This document shows positions 12,099-25,395 of a stretch of 64,000 nt of DNA, in pieces (positions within the stretch are counted from its first letter, which is position 1; every line of letters starts with the position of its first letter). A program made the translations under genes and the position numbers. Source of the DNA: Carpediemonas membranifera BICM (taxonomy: Eukaryota; Protista; Fornicata); assembly GCA_019828565.1 (NCBI GenBank), contig JAHDYR010000012.1, forward strand, positions 1,746,945-1,810,944, written 5' to 3'. The notes below the pieces were generated by a model. It was not told the DNA's origin. It worked only from the letters and a program-made list of their open reading frames with translations, and did no database searches.

Positions 12099-14008
12099 AT
12101 GACGAAGCCTTCAAAGAACGGCGCTGTGAATGCCGAAATACCACAGAAAGAGGGCATTCCAGCGAATAATCCTTCTTCTGGGCCGCAGTTTGATTTTTGT
12201 GCCGTTTCTCACACAGGAGCGACAATGGAGAGGTGACTGTGGTTCCGCGTCGCAGCTCTCGACTTGGTACGCCTACAGCCCCCATGATTCTGAAGAAGAA
12301 GGGATCTAGAGCAGGAAAGAAGCGTGTTGACAAGATGAAACTGCCCAACGTGTGCAACAGACCCAAGAGGGTGAAAAAGAAGGTTGCGTACTATCAGTCC
12401 CCCGTCCCTTCGCCGGACGAGATCCTCAAGAAGAGGCGAGAGGACAATGAATACGTCTTCAAGAACCCCGGCTACGACGTCCTGATTGACAACCCGGACA
12501 GGATCCCAGGTATCATGATGCGGCGCGAGAGGAACTATTACGACCCGAACTGCGTCTCCCTGCAGGAAGAGTGGGTGCTGTTCGAGGATTGGGAGAATCT
12601 AGGGGCAGCGGGTCCACTGTACCTGGGCCACGCCGTCGAGAACGAGTACGGTGTCGTCGCGATCAGTCTCACTGTTGACGACAACTACCTCGAACTATTC
12701 CTGCCCGCCACCCTCCTCGAGCGCATAGCCGGCGTGCCTCTGACGGATGTCCCGGTCACTCTCGACCTCCACGGCGGCCTCGTCGCCCTGGATGATTTCA
12801 GGCAGTTTATCAAGGAGCACAACGACCTGCTGCCGACTGTTGTGGCCCACCCCTTCTGGCAGGCTGCGTCTCTCTTCGTTGATTACACGAGCACCGACTT
12901 CGCCGTCTCTCTCATTCGCTGCCCCGATGCCCACAAGCCCCTGCTGGACGGGGCCTTCGATTACATCGACAGATACACGAAGGGGCGGCAGCAGGTCTGG
13001 TCCCAGTACTGCTCGTGGTACAGCACGTTCATCCACGCGGACCCGGCCTACAGACCCCGCATCCAGGGCGTCCTGTCACTGTTCGCCACCGAGTTCCTAG
13101 CCAAGCCCAGCAAGAAGCGGAGTGCCATCGAGAAGGTCGAGCAGCACCTCTGCTTCCTCGCCATGGCCAAGCGGTTTGAGATCCCAGAGGTCCCTGCCCT
13201 GCAACGTCAGTTCGAGGAGGAGATGGTGCCCCTTCTCACGGACTTCGACGACATATGCTCCTTCGACCTCACCAAGCCCAGCGCTTACACCTTCACCCGC
13301 ATGGCGCCCCGGGAGGTGCTCGAAGAGCTGCTGATGTTCTTCAACAGCCACGCCTTCTTCGCCATCACCGACAACCTCCGCTTCGCTCCCCCGGCCCTGG
13401 CGATGCCGCTCGGCGTCAGCCCCCTTGTGCGGTGGATCCCGTTTATCCGCCGGTTCATGAAGGTCCCTGCAGACACCGAGCCGACGCCGACCCACGCCAA
13501 GCTTCTCGAGCAGCTGTTCTACACCAGCACTCACATCATCTTCGCTCTGTCGCACTGGTGTTCGTATCGACTGCCGACGGAGTTGTTCTTCCCCGAGATC
13601 GACTACATGCGGCGCTACATCTGCATGATGGAGGCGTGCGAGCTGCTCAACACTGACTACGTCGCCGAGTACAGCCTCGCCATGTCCGTGTTCCACCTCG
13701 GCGTGGCTGACGCCCCCGTGTACATGGGCGGGGCACACGACTGGCGCTGGGCGTGCGGCAGGATTGTCCGCGAAGCGTCTCTGTCCTCCGTCAAGGGCGC
13801 CCTCATCCGAGCTGGGCCGTGGGGCTACGAGAACAGGTTCCACGCCACGCTGCTCAGCATCCCAGCGCTGCACTACCGCTCGCTGCCGTTCGTGACCAGC
13901 CCGTACGTCGACGACCTCAGGGCCCTGCTCTCGCCCGAGGACAGCGATGACGAGACCGACTCCGAGGACGAGTCCCACAGCGGGTCCGGTGGCGAGGAGG
14001 AGGATTAA
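12099..14008 (+). CDS. Hypothetical protein with probable 29-nt intron (12188-12216); helical C-terminal domain and acidic tail
   Basis: 603-codon open frame with host-like codon bias. Removing GTTTGA...CACAG joins upstream ATG 12099 in frame. Without splicing the start is ATG 12284. Confidence 0.7.
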
Positions 14009-14029
14009 AAGTCTTATTTTATGTTATGG

Positions 14030-14420
14030 TGCTCGAGCTGTCTCACGCTAGTCCCAGCGGGCGGCAGACCCGGGGTTGTGCAGCGAGTTGGCCGAGTCGA
14101 GGCTGGTTCAGCCAGCACACTGCTGTTGATGTCCCCTAGCTCGGCATCGGGGACCCTCTCAGCGAACCCTGCCTCCTCGAGCTCTCGCGCAACCGCGAGC
14201 GCCTTGGGCAGCATGTCCTAAGCGAGGTACCCTGCAGAATCCTCATCGAACGGGGGCGGGGGTGCCACCCACGGCGGTGTGTAGCCGCTCATGGTCCACT
14301 TGATGACCTCCTCTGGTGCGTTCATGGCGGCCAGAAAGTCGGGATCCAGCGCGCCACCCGGGCGGAAGGGGGCCTGAGGCACCACCCTCAGAGTCTGCGA
14401 CGGCGTCTCCACGCACAGTG
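14030..14420 (-). mobile_element. Remnant of DIRS/Ngaro-like retroelement (pre-RT region)
   Basis: PFRPGGAL...EEVIKWTMSGYTPPWVAPPPP and ARELEEAGF resemble the DIRS pol N-terminus and the remnant at 16900-17150. Confidence 0.5.
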
Positions 14421-14929
14421 GATCGGCCCTCCCACCAATCCGCCATCACCGCACGGACTAGATCCAGTACGGCGGCCTGGCCCTCCACGGTGGAGAGGGC
14501 CTGGGCGACCTCGGTGGGCTCGACGGAGGTCTCCGGAGTCTTCGCTATTCGGCTCGATGGGAGCTTGACCCCCGGAGGCTATGACCGAAGATGCCTCGAC
14601 GTGATGTGCGAGGACTTCCGGCTGCCCGACGCCTTGCTGGGCGGAGGCTGATACCGGCTCGACAGGGGTCCGTACAGGCCCTCTGGAGACTTTCACTCGC
14701 ATTATCCTATTCTGGTGTCCACGTGACGCGACCCGTGTATCTCCACAATCAAACTCACGATATGACTTGGCTTTTACCTCGTCTTCAGGAATACTTCCTC
14801 GGGATTTCGTGGAGAGCGTCGGAGGTAAGCCCGGCGGCTGCTCCGATCTTTTCACACCTGGGCCAGACGCCACGGGAGAGACTCGATCTCAATTCGACTC
14901 GACGCCAGTCAGAGTAGCGCAGCAGGAGA

Positions 14930-15871
14930 ATGAATTCAACCGATGCCGCGCTATACTTCGAAACACAGCATGCAATCCTCATTTCTAGGGCTTTAGAGGC
15001 CATTTCATTCAACATTGCTACTCAGCAGGTCTGCATTTCCGTGGAAGGGACCGAGGAAGAAGGAAGAGACCTCAAATTTGTCTCCATCTCTCCAGATCGC
15101 TGTCTTGAATGCAGCGTGTCTATCACAGAGCGTGTAATGAGCATCGACAGCGCTGCAGGCAGCGGGTTGTACACCATTGCAGACCAGACCAGCGACAAGG
15201 CGCCCGATGCCCAGCTGATACTCAACTCGCTCACAACGTCGGGATTTGAGCCCTTCTCAGTACGGGTGTCGGACCTCCGGATGGCGCTGGACCTTGTACT
15301 GCCCCACTCGCCACCCCGGGTGACCTTTTATCATGCCGGGCAGGGGAAACCACTAGTAATCGTTATCAAGGCGCACGACCACGTCCTCTCGAGTGTCCAG
15401 ATCGCCACGCAGCCCCTTATCCGCGATCTGATCGGCGTGGACTTCGACCCGACGACAGTCACACACACAGCGACGCTACAGCCGCACGCCCTGCCGATGG
15501 CATTTCCCCTCAAAGGCCGGATGAGGATAGACCAATCAAACTTCGCCCGTATCCGGTTTGACGGCGAGTCAGAGCGCCTTGTCATCATGAGCGGGTCGTC
15601 CGAGGTGGAGGCCCAGACGGAGTTCCCCATGGATGCACCGATCACCGTGTTCGAGCGGCCGCCCGCCCGCGGGTTCGAGTCGGCGGAGTTCGGGTACAAG
15701 CCTGCGCACCTGGCGACGGCGGTGCTGAGTGCGAAGTACGCTCATCTGACCCGGTTGCTCATCACCAGCGAGGGTGTGCTCAACGTCGCCCACCTGATTC
15801 CTAGGGAGACCAACGTGCGGTGCTTCGTGCAGTTCTTTCTCATGCCGCTTGTGGACGCACTGCCGGGCTGA
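14930..15871 (+). CDS. RAD1: Checkpoint clamp (9-1-1) subunit Rad1/Rec1, PCNA-like
   Basis: About 310 aa; L.AISF, G.G.PL.I, YK..HL and GVLNVAHLI...FVQFFLMP match the Rad1 family pattern. Confidence 0.75.
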   Translation: MNSTDAALYFETQHAILISRALEAISFNIATQQVCISVEGTEEEGRDLKFVSISPDRCLECSVSITERVMSIDSAAGSGLYTIADQTSDKAPDAQLILNSLTTSGFEPFSVRVSDLRMALDLVLPHSPPRVTFYHAGQGKPLVIVIKAHDHVLSSVQIATQPLIRDLIGVDFDPTTVTHTATLQPHALPMAFPLKGRMRIDQSNFARIRFDGESERLVIMSGSSEVEAQTEFPMDAPITVFERPPARGFESAEFGYKPAHLATAVLSAKYAHLTRLLITSEGVLNVAHLIPRETNVRCFVQFFLMPLVDALPG

Positions 15872-16054
15872 TGGTCGCGCTGATTCTAGAGGATATCACT
15901 CGATTTGCAGTAGATTTGCTTTAGATCGGCGCTACTCCTCGATCGTGTCGTTTGGGTCTGGCCTGTGGTTTGGGGGACTGCGCGCCAGTTAGGGTCCTCC
16001 CGAACGATGGATCTCTGGTGTGGCTTGCGGCTGGGGTGGGAGGTGGGAGGCGGG

Positions 16055-16078
16055 GTAAGGTAAGGTACCTTACCTTAC
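16055..16078. repeat. Perfect 24-bp palindrome of head-to-head (GTAAG)/(CTTAC) pentamers
   Basis: GTAAGGTAAGGTACCTTACCTTAC. Confidence 0.9.
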
Positions 16079-17150
16079 AGGGTTCTTGTCCACTGCCTCG
16101 AACGCCGCAAGGAGGGCGTCCTTGTGCTCCTTGGTCAGGCAGACCCGCTGGTGCTCCTTCCGGGTGCCTCTCTCATCCTGCGAGTGCGAGGCGGGTGCCA
16201 CGGCACCGTGGAAGGGGCGGGCAATTACCTTACAATGTTCGAGATGCCTAACGCCGCCGGCTCTAGCGCAGCTAGCTTGCCGTGCCAAGACTCGACCTCA
16301 GGCAGCGGGAACTCCGTCGTACTGTCTTCTCGACTGTCACCAGTATCCAAGCGTTGCACGCGTTCTGCTTGTCCTTCGGGATGAACAGCATCTCCCGCCG
16401 AAGATCGTGGACGAGTCCCATGAACACCGGGGTCTGGGAGGCCTCGCTAGTCTTAGCATCCTTGAAGCGAAGGTTAACCGCCATACCGAGGGCACGGAGA
16501 GTGTCCCTGCTCGCCGTATACCTTGCTCCTTCGTGACCCCGTAGACGCAAAGTCATTGATGAGATGGGCTGTCGGTATACCCAGTGCTCGGGCCGCGCAC
16601 ACGAGAGGCTGTGTGACTCTCGTGAAGAGGTGAGCGGAAGGCGAGGCGCCCATGGGGAGAGCTGTGAATGAGGTGGGGCCTCTGTCACTCTGGAATGCGG
16701 CTATGGACCTGGCCTTGTCGTCAATGGGGACTTGGTAGAACCCCTTCTCCAGGTAACGTGCACATCCAGCCATATTGCTGGTCGAGGAGTGTAGGCTGTC
16801 CCTCAAAGGCAAAGGGTTGCACGTCGAGGAACGCGTTGGGCCACCTCATGTCGGCGATCTCGCGGTGACTGCCATCGTGATTGGGTGCCGAAGAGCCCGA
16901 TCGGCCGGGCGAGGACGGGGACCCCCTTGGGGTGGGTCTTGGCAATCCCGCTCTTCTTCAGCTTAGCGGCTATGGCTGTCGGCCATCCCACTTTCTTGCC
17001 ATTGGTCATCGGCGAGGGGGACCCGTGAGGCCCCAGGCAGCGGGAACGCCCGCTTGGTTGCGGCGGAGATGACCTCGTCGCAGTAGCCCACCGCCGCGAC
17101 GTGTGCGGAGACGCTGCGAGAGCCTGGCCGGCCTTGAAAGGTCCGACGGA
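16079..17150 (-). mobile_element. Degenerate DIRS/Ngaro-type reverse transcriptase remnant
   Basis: Frameshifted RT motifs: REIADMRWPN, LEKGFYQVPI, ALPMGASPSAHLFT, HLINDF (YxDD degenerate), PVFMGLVHD...LFIPKDK. Confidence 0.75.
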
Positions 17151-17969
17151 AACCTCGGGAGCGCTCTTGTGTATGTAGTCCCGTGCCCTGGCCTTCTCTT
17201 CCTCTGGCGTCTCGCTCCAAAGGACCCTGACGGGGCCGAGGAATTCCGCGACATGAGCGCGGAATTCGGCCAGCTGGTTGGGGCGGCGCTTCTTGCAGGG
17301 TGTCGCAACCCACCTGGTGGGAATGCCAAGGATGGTCTTGGCTGGGGCCGGGCTGGGGTGGGCGTTAATGCCACCTGGGCCGGTGACTGGACCTGCGGGG
17401 CCTCAGGGCGCGGCGACGTGAGGGTGATGACCCTGCCGGGCGCAGGTAACTCGTCCCATCCATCCTCGATGTCGTTGGAGACCTCCTCGGGTGCGGTGTG
17501 GGGCACCGGTGTCCTGGGCTCCGGTTCTGCACTGGGTCTGCCTGAGGTGGCGTCCGGCACGAACATCGGGGGCACAATGCCGCTCGGGACCAGAAAGAGA
17601 GTACTGGGTTTATCATTACCGGTTTATTATTCGTAGACACTGGCTTTCTTTATTTTCGGACTGGGTCCTCGGCTGCCGGCCACCCCCGCCGCTCGTGACG
17701 CGAGCCTTCTTCTTTCTCGGCGCGAGGTAGAGAGGCACCTCATGCAACATACTGGAGGTGATGTCGCACGTCGCCGCGAGCTTCTTCCGAATGATCACAA
17801 GCTCAGACCCAGACCGGACATTTATTGGGAAAGATGTCGACACAGGTATGTACGATCCTGCACAGTCGGTGTAGGCTCTGGCAGCGTCTGATCCGGGTCT
17901 GATCTTCCGAAGTGTGTGTGAGATTTTCGCCACTGAAACAAGGTCTGTTGGTGCCGAAGCGGGAGAATA

Positions 17970-19112
17970 ATGCTTACTCCAGCTGAAAAGACACACTTGC
18001 TGAACTACAAGTACCAAGGCGGCGATAACTCTTTGCTTATGCGTTTCTTCCTGCGTCCGTTTATCTATAATCCCATTGTCCGCGTGTTGCCAAAGAACCT
18101 GGCTCCGAATGTGATCACAGTTGTTGGCATCCTTGCCACCGTCATCGGCTACCTCGTAACCATCTACGTCTTCCCCCAGTTCCCCGACGAGGACACGTCA
18201 TACGCCCCCGTCCCGTGGCTCTCCTTCCTCCTCGCCGCATGCCTCTTCATCTACCAGACATGCGACAACATTGACGGCCCCCATGCCCGCAACATCGCCT
18301 GCTGCTCGCATGTCGGCGACTTCCTCGACCATGCCGGGGACCAGATCGCCTTCTTCACGTTCATCACCTCCCTGACGACAACCTTCTTCACGGGCCCGAC
18401 CCTGCTGTCAGCCTTCTCAGTGCTCTCCGTGATGTGGGCCGGCTGGTTCGCGCAGTGGGAGACGCTGTACATGGGCAAGCTCGTCCTCGCCCCCATCAAC
18501 GGGTGCATGGAGGGCATCTTCACCGGCGTCATGATCCATGTCGGATTCGGCCTCTTCCCCGACATCCCCATCTCTCACGTCACCCTCCCCGCCGTCGGCA
18601 CCGTCTCCGTCGGCCAGGTCATCGCCCTCGTCTCCGCAGTCGGCGGCGTCACCCTCGGCCCCACTGCTTCCCTCGTCTCCGTGTTCAAGAAGCTTGGGCC
18701 CCGTGCCTACGCCAGGTCCCTCATGACCCACTTCCCCTATCTCGTCCTCAACGGCCTCTGCTTCGCCACGGCCCTGCTCGACCCCGCCGTCAGGGCCCAT
18801 GTGCCACACGCCTGGATGAGCCTGCACGGCGTCCTCATCTGCTATATTATCATGAACCTCATCATCCACCGCCTCGTCGGCCGGCCGTTCCCCCTCCTCC
18901 AACCCGCGATCCTCCTGGCCGTTGTCCCCTTCGCCGTGGCTGTCAGCAACAAGCTCAACCCGGTCCCCTTCGAGGTCAGGGTCAACGTCATGGTGATATG
19001 TGCCGTCTTCGCGGCTGTAATGTTCGCTGTCAAATTCCTTAAGGTCGCCTCGGACATCTCTGCTGCCAGTGGAAAACCCCTCTGGACCGTCCCGAAGACA
19101 AAGCGGGACTAG
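17970..19112 (+). CDS. Choline/ethanolamine phosphotransferase (CDP-alcohol phosphatidyltransferase)
   Basis: YKYQGGDNS, LAPNVIT, DNIDGPHAR...GDFLDHAGD; multiple TM segments. Confidence 0.95.
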   Translation: MLTPAEKTHLLNYKYQGGDNSLLMRFFLRPFIYNPIVRVLPKNLAPNVITVVGILATVIGYLVTIYVFPQFPDEDTSYAPVPWLSFLLAACLFIYQTCDNIDGPHARNIACCSHVGDFLDHAGDQIAFFTFITSLTTTFFTGPTLLSAFSVLSVMWAGWFAQWETLYMGKLVLAPINGCMEGIFTGVMIHVGFGLFPDIPISHVTLPAVGTVSVGQVIALVSAVGGVTLGPTASLVSVFKKLGPRAYARSLMTHFPYLVLNGLCFATALLDPAVRAHVPHAWMSLHGVLICYIIMNLIIHRLVGRPFPLLQPAILLAVVPFAVAVSNKLNPVPFEVRVNVMVICAVFAAVMFAVKFLKVASDISAASGKPLWTVPKTKRD

Positions 19113-19462
19113 ACGCAATGTTCATAAATGGGTGAATTTATGCTAACCAGTGACGGGATCCACAGGGAAGTTGACCCCCATCCAGTCCGGGTGCCGGCCG
19201 TTTACAGTGGGGTCGGACGTCAGGCACAACAGCGGCAGTGGCGGCAATGTGAAATTGTGCCTCCATCGCTCTTCGTGTAAAGCCGAATGACAAGCTGCCA
19301 TAGCTTCTTCTTAGTGGTTAGCTGCTTAATTGTGGCTTCGGCGCCGTTGGACGAGCTACGCTGGGGGAACGACACGTTGACGTGATCGACTATGCGGTGG
19401 CCGATCCACTTGGACGAAGCGTCTGGGCCGGAGCCCTCAGTCGAGGCGGCGTTGTCAGGAAG

Positions 19463-20966
19463 GAAAGAAAGAAAAGAAAGAATTTAATGTGTCCTGCTGT
19501 GTAAGCTGAATGTCACAGTTTGTGTCACCCCTTCGAGGAACGCCTAAGCGTGTTGGTACCTCTACAGAGCACACCTAACACTTCCTAAGAGGGCGTGAAC
19601 AACGGCCGTCAAGGCCTAGCTGGTACGCTAGAGGGATCCTATACATGGCCACATTAATACCCCCAAAGTTAGGCTAACCCAGGTCTTACTCTTAGGGGCC
19701 CTTTGGGTCCCAGGTCTGCCTGGCACCTACAAAGCCTTGCCCTGCACGCTGCTGTCAGGGACCTTCCGTACGTTTCCCCTCTCCCCCGGGTCCCCTAGGG
19801 AGGTCCTGGGGTTTCCTCGACCCGCTCGCCATGTTTCAGGCACCCGCCAGGGCGGGTTCGGGTCTAGAGTTCGCCGTACCAGCTGGGCCGGGTTAGGAAC
19901 CCACCGACGCCGCGTAGGTAGACTTCCACGGACTTGCCGGCTGCGTTCGGGCTCATCTAGCGCTGTCCGATTTCACTCCAGGTTCCCATTATCGGGGGGA
20001 GCTCCCAGGGGCGGTTGCCACGTCTTCCAGTGTTCCTGGCTAGGCGCCGGGCCACATCAGGATGGCCCTGCCTTCCCGGCAGGTTACCGACGGAGTGGGT
20101 AGCTTCTTGCGTCATCCAGTACCTCCGCCAGTCTGCCATGCATCATCCTCCTGGTGCGCCCCCACTGTGTGGGGAGGGGGTACCCCCTTGCGCGCCGGAG
20201 GGATGCGCCGGACCGCTTGTCCGGACGCTTGCGCCCTACTGGCCCAGCTGTTTTGCCAGGCCTTCCCTATTTCGTGCTTGTTGTATGCGATTGTCCCTTA
20301 GTGGTCCTTTGCAGCCTTCCCTCCGCCTGGCGCTACCGGAACATGGGGTGTTGTCCTCATTGGTTCCAGGCCCGCTGCGCTTGGGGTCGGTGCTCGGGCC
20401 ACCTTTCCAGGCCGCCCTGTGGGTTGGGCCTGTCCCCTCTTGGTGGTGGGGGAGTTGTTTCAAGTGTGGTGCAGGCATCAGAGTGCTCCCTTGCTGCGTG
20501 GGTTGGGTTGGGTGTGCGGCCGGGCGCTACCGGAACATGTGGGGGGAAAACACCTCCCGCCGGTTCCAGGAGTGTTCCGCCCTGTGCCTTGTCTTCACCC
20601 AGGGCCTTCCTCCTAGGGGTCTGGGCCTGTTCTGAGGTTCATGAGGGCCTTTTTCCCGCATAATAGACCCTCCTTCACTGTTTCATCCTCCTGTTGCAGT
20701 AGCCAGTGGAGCTCCAATATGGCCCTGGAGTTATACCACTCCCCATCTGGGCCGTGCCGCAGCCTACTTGCCATGGTGTGTGTTGCCGCAGCTTCCCAGC
20801 ACTGCTCCCACCCACTTGGGCGGCCGACGCCCTGGCACTCCGCTATGATGTGGCTTTGTGTTCCTAGCGGTTGGTCTTCCAGCCACCCGGCTACTGCCAC
20901 TAGCGCCTGCGCCTGGGGGGGGGTATAGTTGGAGGTAGTTGATCAATTCGCGTTCGGCTGCGAGTG
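19463..20966 (-). mobile_element. APE-type LINE copy B, 3' part (ORF2 C-terminus, 3' UTR, (TTTC)n tail)
   Basis: QPLGTQSHII and EWYNSRAILE are shared with LINE A. The tail reads (GAAA)n on the plus strand at 19463-19481. Joins 39480-41216 in frame (ICTL|AAERE) after removal of element C. Confidence 0.9.
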
Positions 20967-21078
20967 TGTGGTGGTCATAGACCACACTAATCATTTATAC
21001 AGTTTAAGCCATTTATTGGCACAAGGGTTTTCTCGTCTTCTTTCCCTGTAAAAGCATTCTCCGCATTAGCGAGGCACA
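20967..21078 (+). repeat. 5' LTR of element C
   Basis: Direct repeat of 39368-39479. Confidence 0.95.
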
Positions 21079-21098
21079 TTAACGTTAATTCCCCTCAA

Positions 21099-24000
21099 AT
21101 GCTGAAGAAATCCGATCCCCCGTTGCTGAAGTCGCCAGATCTGAACGAACTGTTCATCTTTGTGGACAAGTTCAACGATTACCGCGCCTTAGGGGGCAAG
21201 CGAGACATTGAGAAGCTAATCGACAGCGAGGTTCGGGAGATGGTGACAGCAATCCTACCAGCGGACGATCTTGACGACGCGGAGGAAGAGATCCCTCTCC
21301 TCCTTAATCAACATCATCGTGCCGCTCGCTTCAGAGCCCAGAAGGACCTCAAGATCATCAAGCGCCTAGGACGCGCTCTCAGACCTACTCAAGAAGTCAA
21401 CAAGCTCCGTCTCTTTAGAATCACCGCCAAGGACTTCTCCCCTATCGAAGTTGCTCGAGTCAACAAGAAGTTCCGTATTACCATGGCAGTCGTCCAACCC
21501 GAGTTCCCCCTCGAGACACTACGCGACATATACGTTCGTTGTTTCAAGTTCGGATCCAACCAGACGATGTACCGCATCAAGGAGGTGATCCAGGACATGT
21601 CGCTAGAAGATGCCATGCCGCGCGTTCTAGCCCTATCCAGAACAGTCCAAGAGAGCACCGCGATCGCCAACGCGTTCCAGGACAAGCCGTCCAACGCCGA
21701 GCACCACCACACGAGCCGTAACTCCCACCGACGCAACGATCGCAAGCCTCAGTCACGTCCCACCGAAGACCGTTCGCATGCTATCAACACGCGTCGACTA
21801 AGCCTATCGACAAGAAGGGCAGACGTGATCATTCACAGTTCACTTGCTATAACTGTGGTGGTAAGGGTCACGCCGTCTACGAGTGTAAGAAGCCCAAGAA
21901 CAAGTGTCAGAAGTGCGGGAAGAGCGGACACCTTGACAGGTTCTGTAAATCCCCACAGTACTTGTCCTTGTTCTCGATGACTTCACACAAACGCAAAGAT
22001 AGCCTACCTCTGTGCAAAGTTAAGGTCGAGGGTCGAGACGTCGTTGCCTTGATTGATTCGGGAGCCAACTGCTCCACTATATCCCCCAAGCTGACCAAGG
22101 GTATGACGCGTATATCAGATGAAGAGCGAAGCGTGCGTACAGCCAAGGGAACTATACAGTCCCAAGGTTCCGTGCAAGGGAACATCAAACTCATGCCGTC
22201 AGCCTTTACACCTAAGGCAGTGTCCTTCAAGCCGGAGTTGATTGTGCTAGATACTGAGTTCGACGTTGTCCTGGGGTACCCCCACCTTGTCGAGCTGGGA
22301 ATCCTCCCCGACGTGAACGTAGAGTCAGGGGAATACTCGGACGAAGTCCAGGTCCCCGAAGCTTTCAAGCACAACGCTGCCATTTTTAGTCTATCCGACC
22401 AGTCGACCAAGAGTCAAGCCGAACTGATCAAGAGGTTCTCCGATCTATTCCAAGACCGGGACGAACCTAGCAGGCTAGAGTCGTACGACCTCGTTCTGAA
22501 GGACGATCGGGTCGTGAACGCCAGACCTTACTATGTACCCCCAGCGAAGATACACGTCGTGAGAGAGCACATCGACACGCTGCTAGCCAAGAAATATATC
22601 GAGGCCTGCCAGTCACAATACGCTTCCCCAGCTATGACTGTGCCTAAGAAGGGAGGCAAGTCGCGTTTCGTAGTCGATTTCCGCCGTATTAACGAGCTTA
22701 CTGAGCCGTTCGACTACCCCATCCCTCGTATCGACGAGGTTCTGTCACAGCTCGCAGGACAGAAGATCTTCGCGACTCTAGACCTGTCGTCCGGGTACCA
22801 CCAGATCCATTTGACAGAACGATCAAGACCCCTGACTGCATTTACCACCGTACTAGGGCAGTATCAATACCGACGGATGCCTTTCGGGCTGCGCAACGCA
22901 GGAGCTCACTTCCAGAAGGCCATGGAGCGCGCCTTCGCCGGGCTCGTGGGCAGCTCATGTTACATTTACATCGACGATATTATTGTCTTCGGCAGCGACG
23001 AGGCCGAATATCTCGCGAACCTCGAAAGAGTCCTGGACCGTGCGCGTAAGGTCAAGCTCCAGCTCAATCGCGAGAAATGCCAATTCGGCAGGCAGGAGGT
23101 CGAGTTCTTAGGTTGGGTTGTCAATGATGGGCAGGTGAGCATCGCACCCAGCCGTGTAGACGACATCGCAAATCTCCAGATGCCGACATCCATCAAGGGC
23201 ATGCAGGGCCTAGTAGGATTCCTCAACTATTTCCGGGATCACATCCCCCATTTTGCGGAAATCGGACACCCGTTAATCAAAGCTATGTCCGGTCACACAA
23301 GTCTCGGCCTGACCGCCCAGCAGGAGGCCCTCGATAAGCTCAAGCAGAGCCTTACCTCCGCTGACGCCCTAGCAATTTTCGACGCCACGAAGGAGCATTC
23401 TATAATGACCGACGCCTCGGGAGTGGGGTACGGCGCAGTCCTATTGCAAGAGGGCAAGCCTGTCTGTTACATGTCGAAGGCCTTCAACGCCACACAGTCT
23501 CGTTGGTCAACGATTGAGAAGGAGGCGTACGCCATTGTGGCGGCCTTGCAGCGCTGGCGCAAGTTCCTTGCCTGGGGACCTTTCTCCATACTCACTGACC
23601 ACCGAAACCTTACCTTCATGTACCGTAGCATCAACCCGAAAGTCGGGAGGTGGGCCGATGCCATTTCCGACTTGGACTTTGAGATTAAGCACGTCGCCGG
23701 CCTGGACAATGGAGCCGCAGATGGTCTGTCCCGTGTGTTTACTATGTTCACTCGCAAAGCTACGACCGATGAGATTGAAGAAGCACACACCACCGCCGGC
23801 GCCCATCTATCTCGACGACTAACGACCGAGAAGCTTAGAGCCGAAGGGTTGTCGGTGTCGAGAGCCGCAGTCGACCAGGTGATTGCAGCTTGCCCGGTGT
23901 GCCAAGTCCTCGAGAGACCCCACGTCGATACACCGGATGGTCTGCATACCGCCGTTGATGAACCGTTTAAGCGAGTAGCCATCGACACCTTAGGTCCGTT

Positions 24001-25027
24001 CCCCAAGTCGCAGGGGTTCACGCACATCTCCGTCATCATAGATATGTGTAGTAGGTGGACCGAGTTGGTTCCAGTTACAGGTACGACTGCGCAAGCCGCA
24101 GTTACGGCGTTCGTTAATAACTGGGTCTTACGCTATGGCTGCCCCGGGGTCTTACAGACTGACGGCGGGCCCGAGTTTAACAATCAGCTCATGAAGTCCC
24201 TGGCCGACGAAATGGGTTTCCACACCCATGTTACGACTCCACATCACCCGCAATCTAATGGCATCGTCGAACGGGCCAACAGTGGAGTTCTCAAAATCTT
24301 GAAGGCCAGAAAGTTCCATTTCCGGGACGCGGACTGGGTCAAGCACTTACCTGTCGCACAATTTATCGTCAATTCGACGCCCAGGATACCCACTCACCTC
24401 TCACCATCCGAGATCATACTAGGTGTCAACATCAGGATCCCGAACGAGATCATCATCTGCACCCACTCGACTAGCGCCAGAATACAGGACAGACGCGCGG
24501 CGGCTGGCCAAGCCATCCAGCTAGCGAAGGCTAGAATTCAGGCAATGAGAGAGGACGCTCTCGCAAACGCCGCATCGTCACGTCAGGAGTTACTGTGCCG
24601 GTTCGTGTTGGTCAAGTACCCAGCCAGACCTCCCAACAAGCTGATGCCAGGATGGCGAGGGCCCATGCGACGGGTCAGTGCGGTTAAGCAAGATGGCGTG
24701 ACGGTCGCCTATGAAGTTCAGGACCTCAACCAGGGAAGCCAAGGCAAGATATTGAAGGTCGACGCCTCGCGCGTACGCAGATTTAACCCTGGCAATCTAT
24801 CCGAGCGAGAGATCAAGGACTTGGCCGCCACGGCGAACGATGAGTGGGAAGTGGACCGTATTTCCAAATCGCGAGGGAACGGAACACGAACCAAACGCGA
24901 ATACCGCATTCACTGGTCTGGTTTCGAGGACGAGGAGGCGACATGGCAGGATTGGGACTCCGTCAAGGACCTGGAAGCATTAGATATATATTTGAAGTCT
25001 GACCAAGCCAAACTGGACGGTCTATAA
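21099..25027 (+). CDS. Element C gag-pol (2 CCHC knuckles, protease, RT, RNase H, integrase, chromodomain), one frameshift at about 21722-21800
   Basis: CYNCGGKGH, LIDSGA, YIDD, MTDAS, TDGG, WEVDRI...YRIHWSGF. Close homolog of the single-ORF gag-pol of element D. Confidence 0.93.
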
Positions 25028-25069
25028 ATCTTCACCACATCTAATCGCTCCAGCGTCAAGTCATCAGAT

Positions 25070-25395
25070 TTATTCGTCGTCCGACTCCTCGGTATCGGTC
25101 AGCTCGACCAACCAAGACGCGTCAGCGTGGCGCTCAAGATCGTGCTCAGCAAGATAGTCGCGCACACAACGGACGAGACAGAGATCGGCGTTCAGCCAGA
25201 CGATGCTGAGGCCAGAGTAACCCTCATACTGGAGTATGAGAGCGAAGGTCCCAGGTCCACGAGTCGTTTTGAGGAATTCATGACGGATAACACACGTCAC
25301 GGTGTAGTAACGGTCCGGGTCCGAGACCTGAATAGGCTCCCAGTGGACCTCGTCACCGATCGCAGGCAGGTGACCCTCGCGACACAGCTCGTCGA
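25070..25395 (-). pseudogene. Element C antisense accessory gene, 3' part (chromodomain-like), separated from its 5' part by element E
   Basis: YYTVTCVIRH...LILQYEGYS...VRDYLAEH. Joins 37879-38408 in frame across the CCAGG TSD. Confidence 0.75.

Noticed and set aside
13097-13978. Long antisense ORFs over host genes (also 18417-19118, 10042-10440, 33890-34705)
   Set aside because: Shadow ORFs of GC3-rich coding sequence.
21722-21800. Programmed -1 frameshift between gag and pol of element C
   Set aside because: No slippery heptamer is visible, the break lies upstream of the zinc knuckles, and close relative D has a single ORF. A 1-bp indel is more likely.
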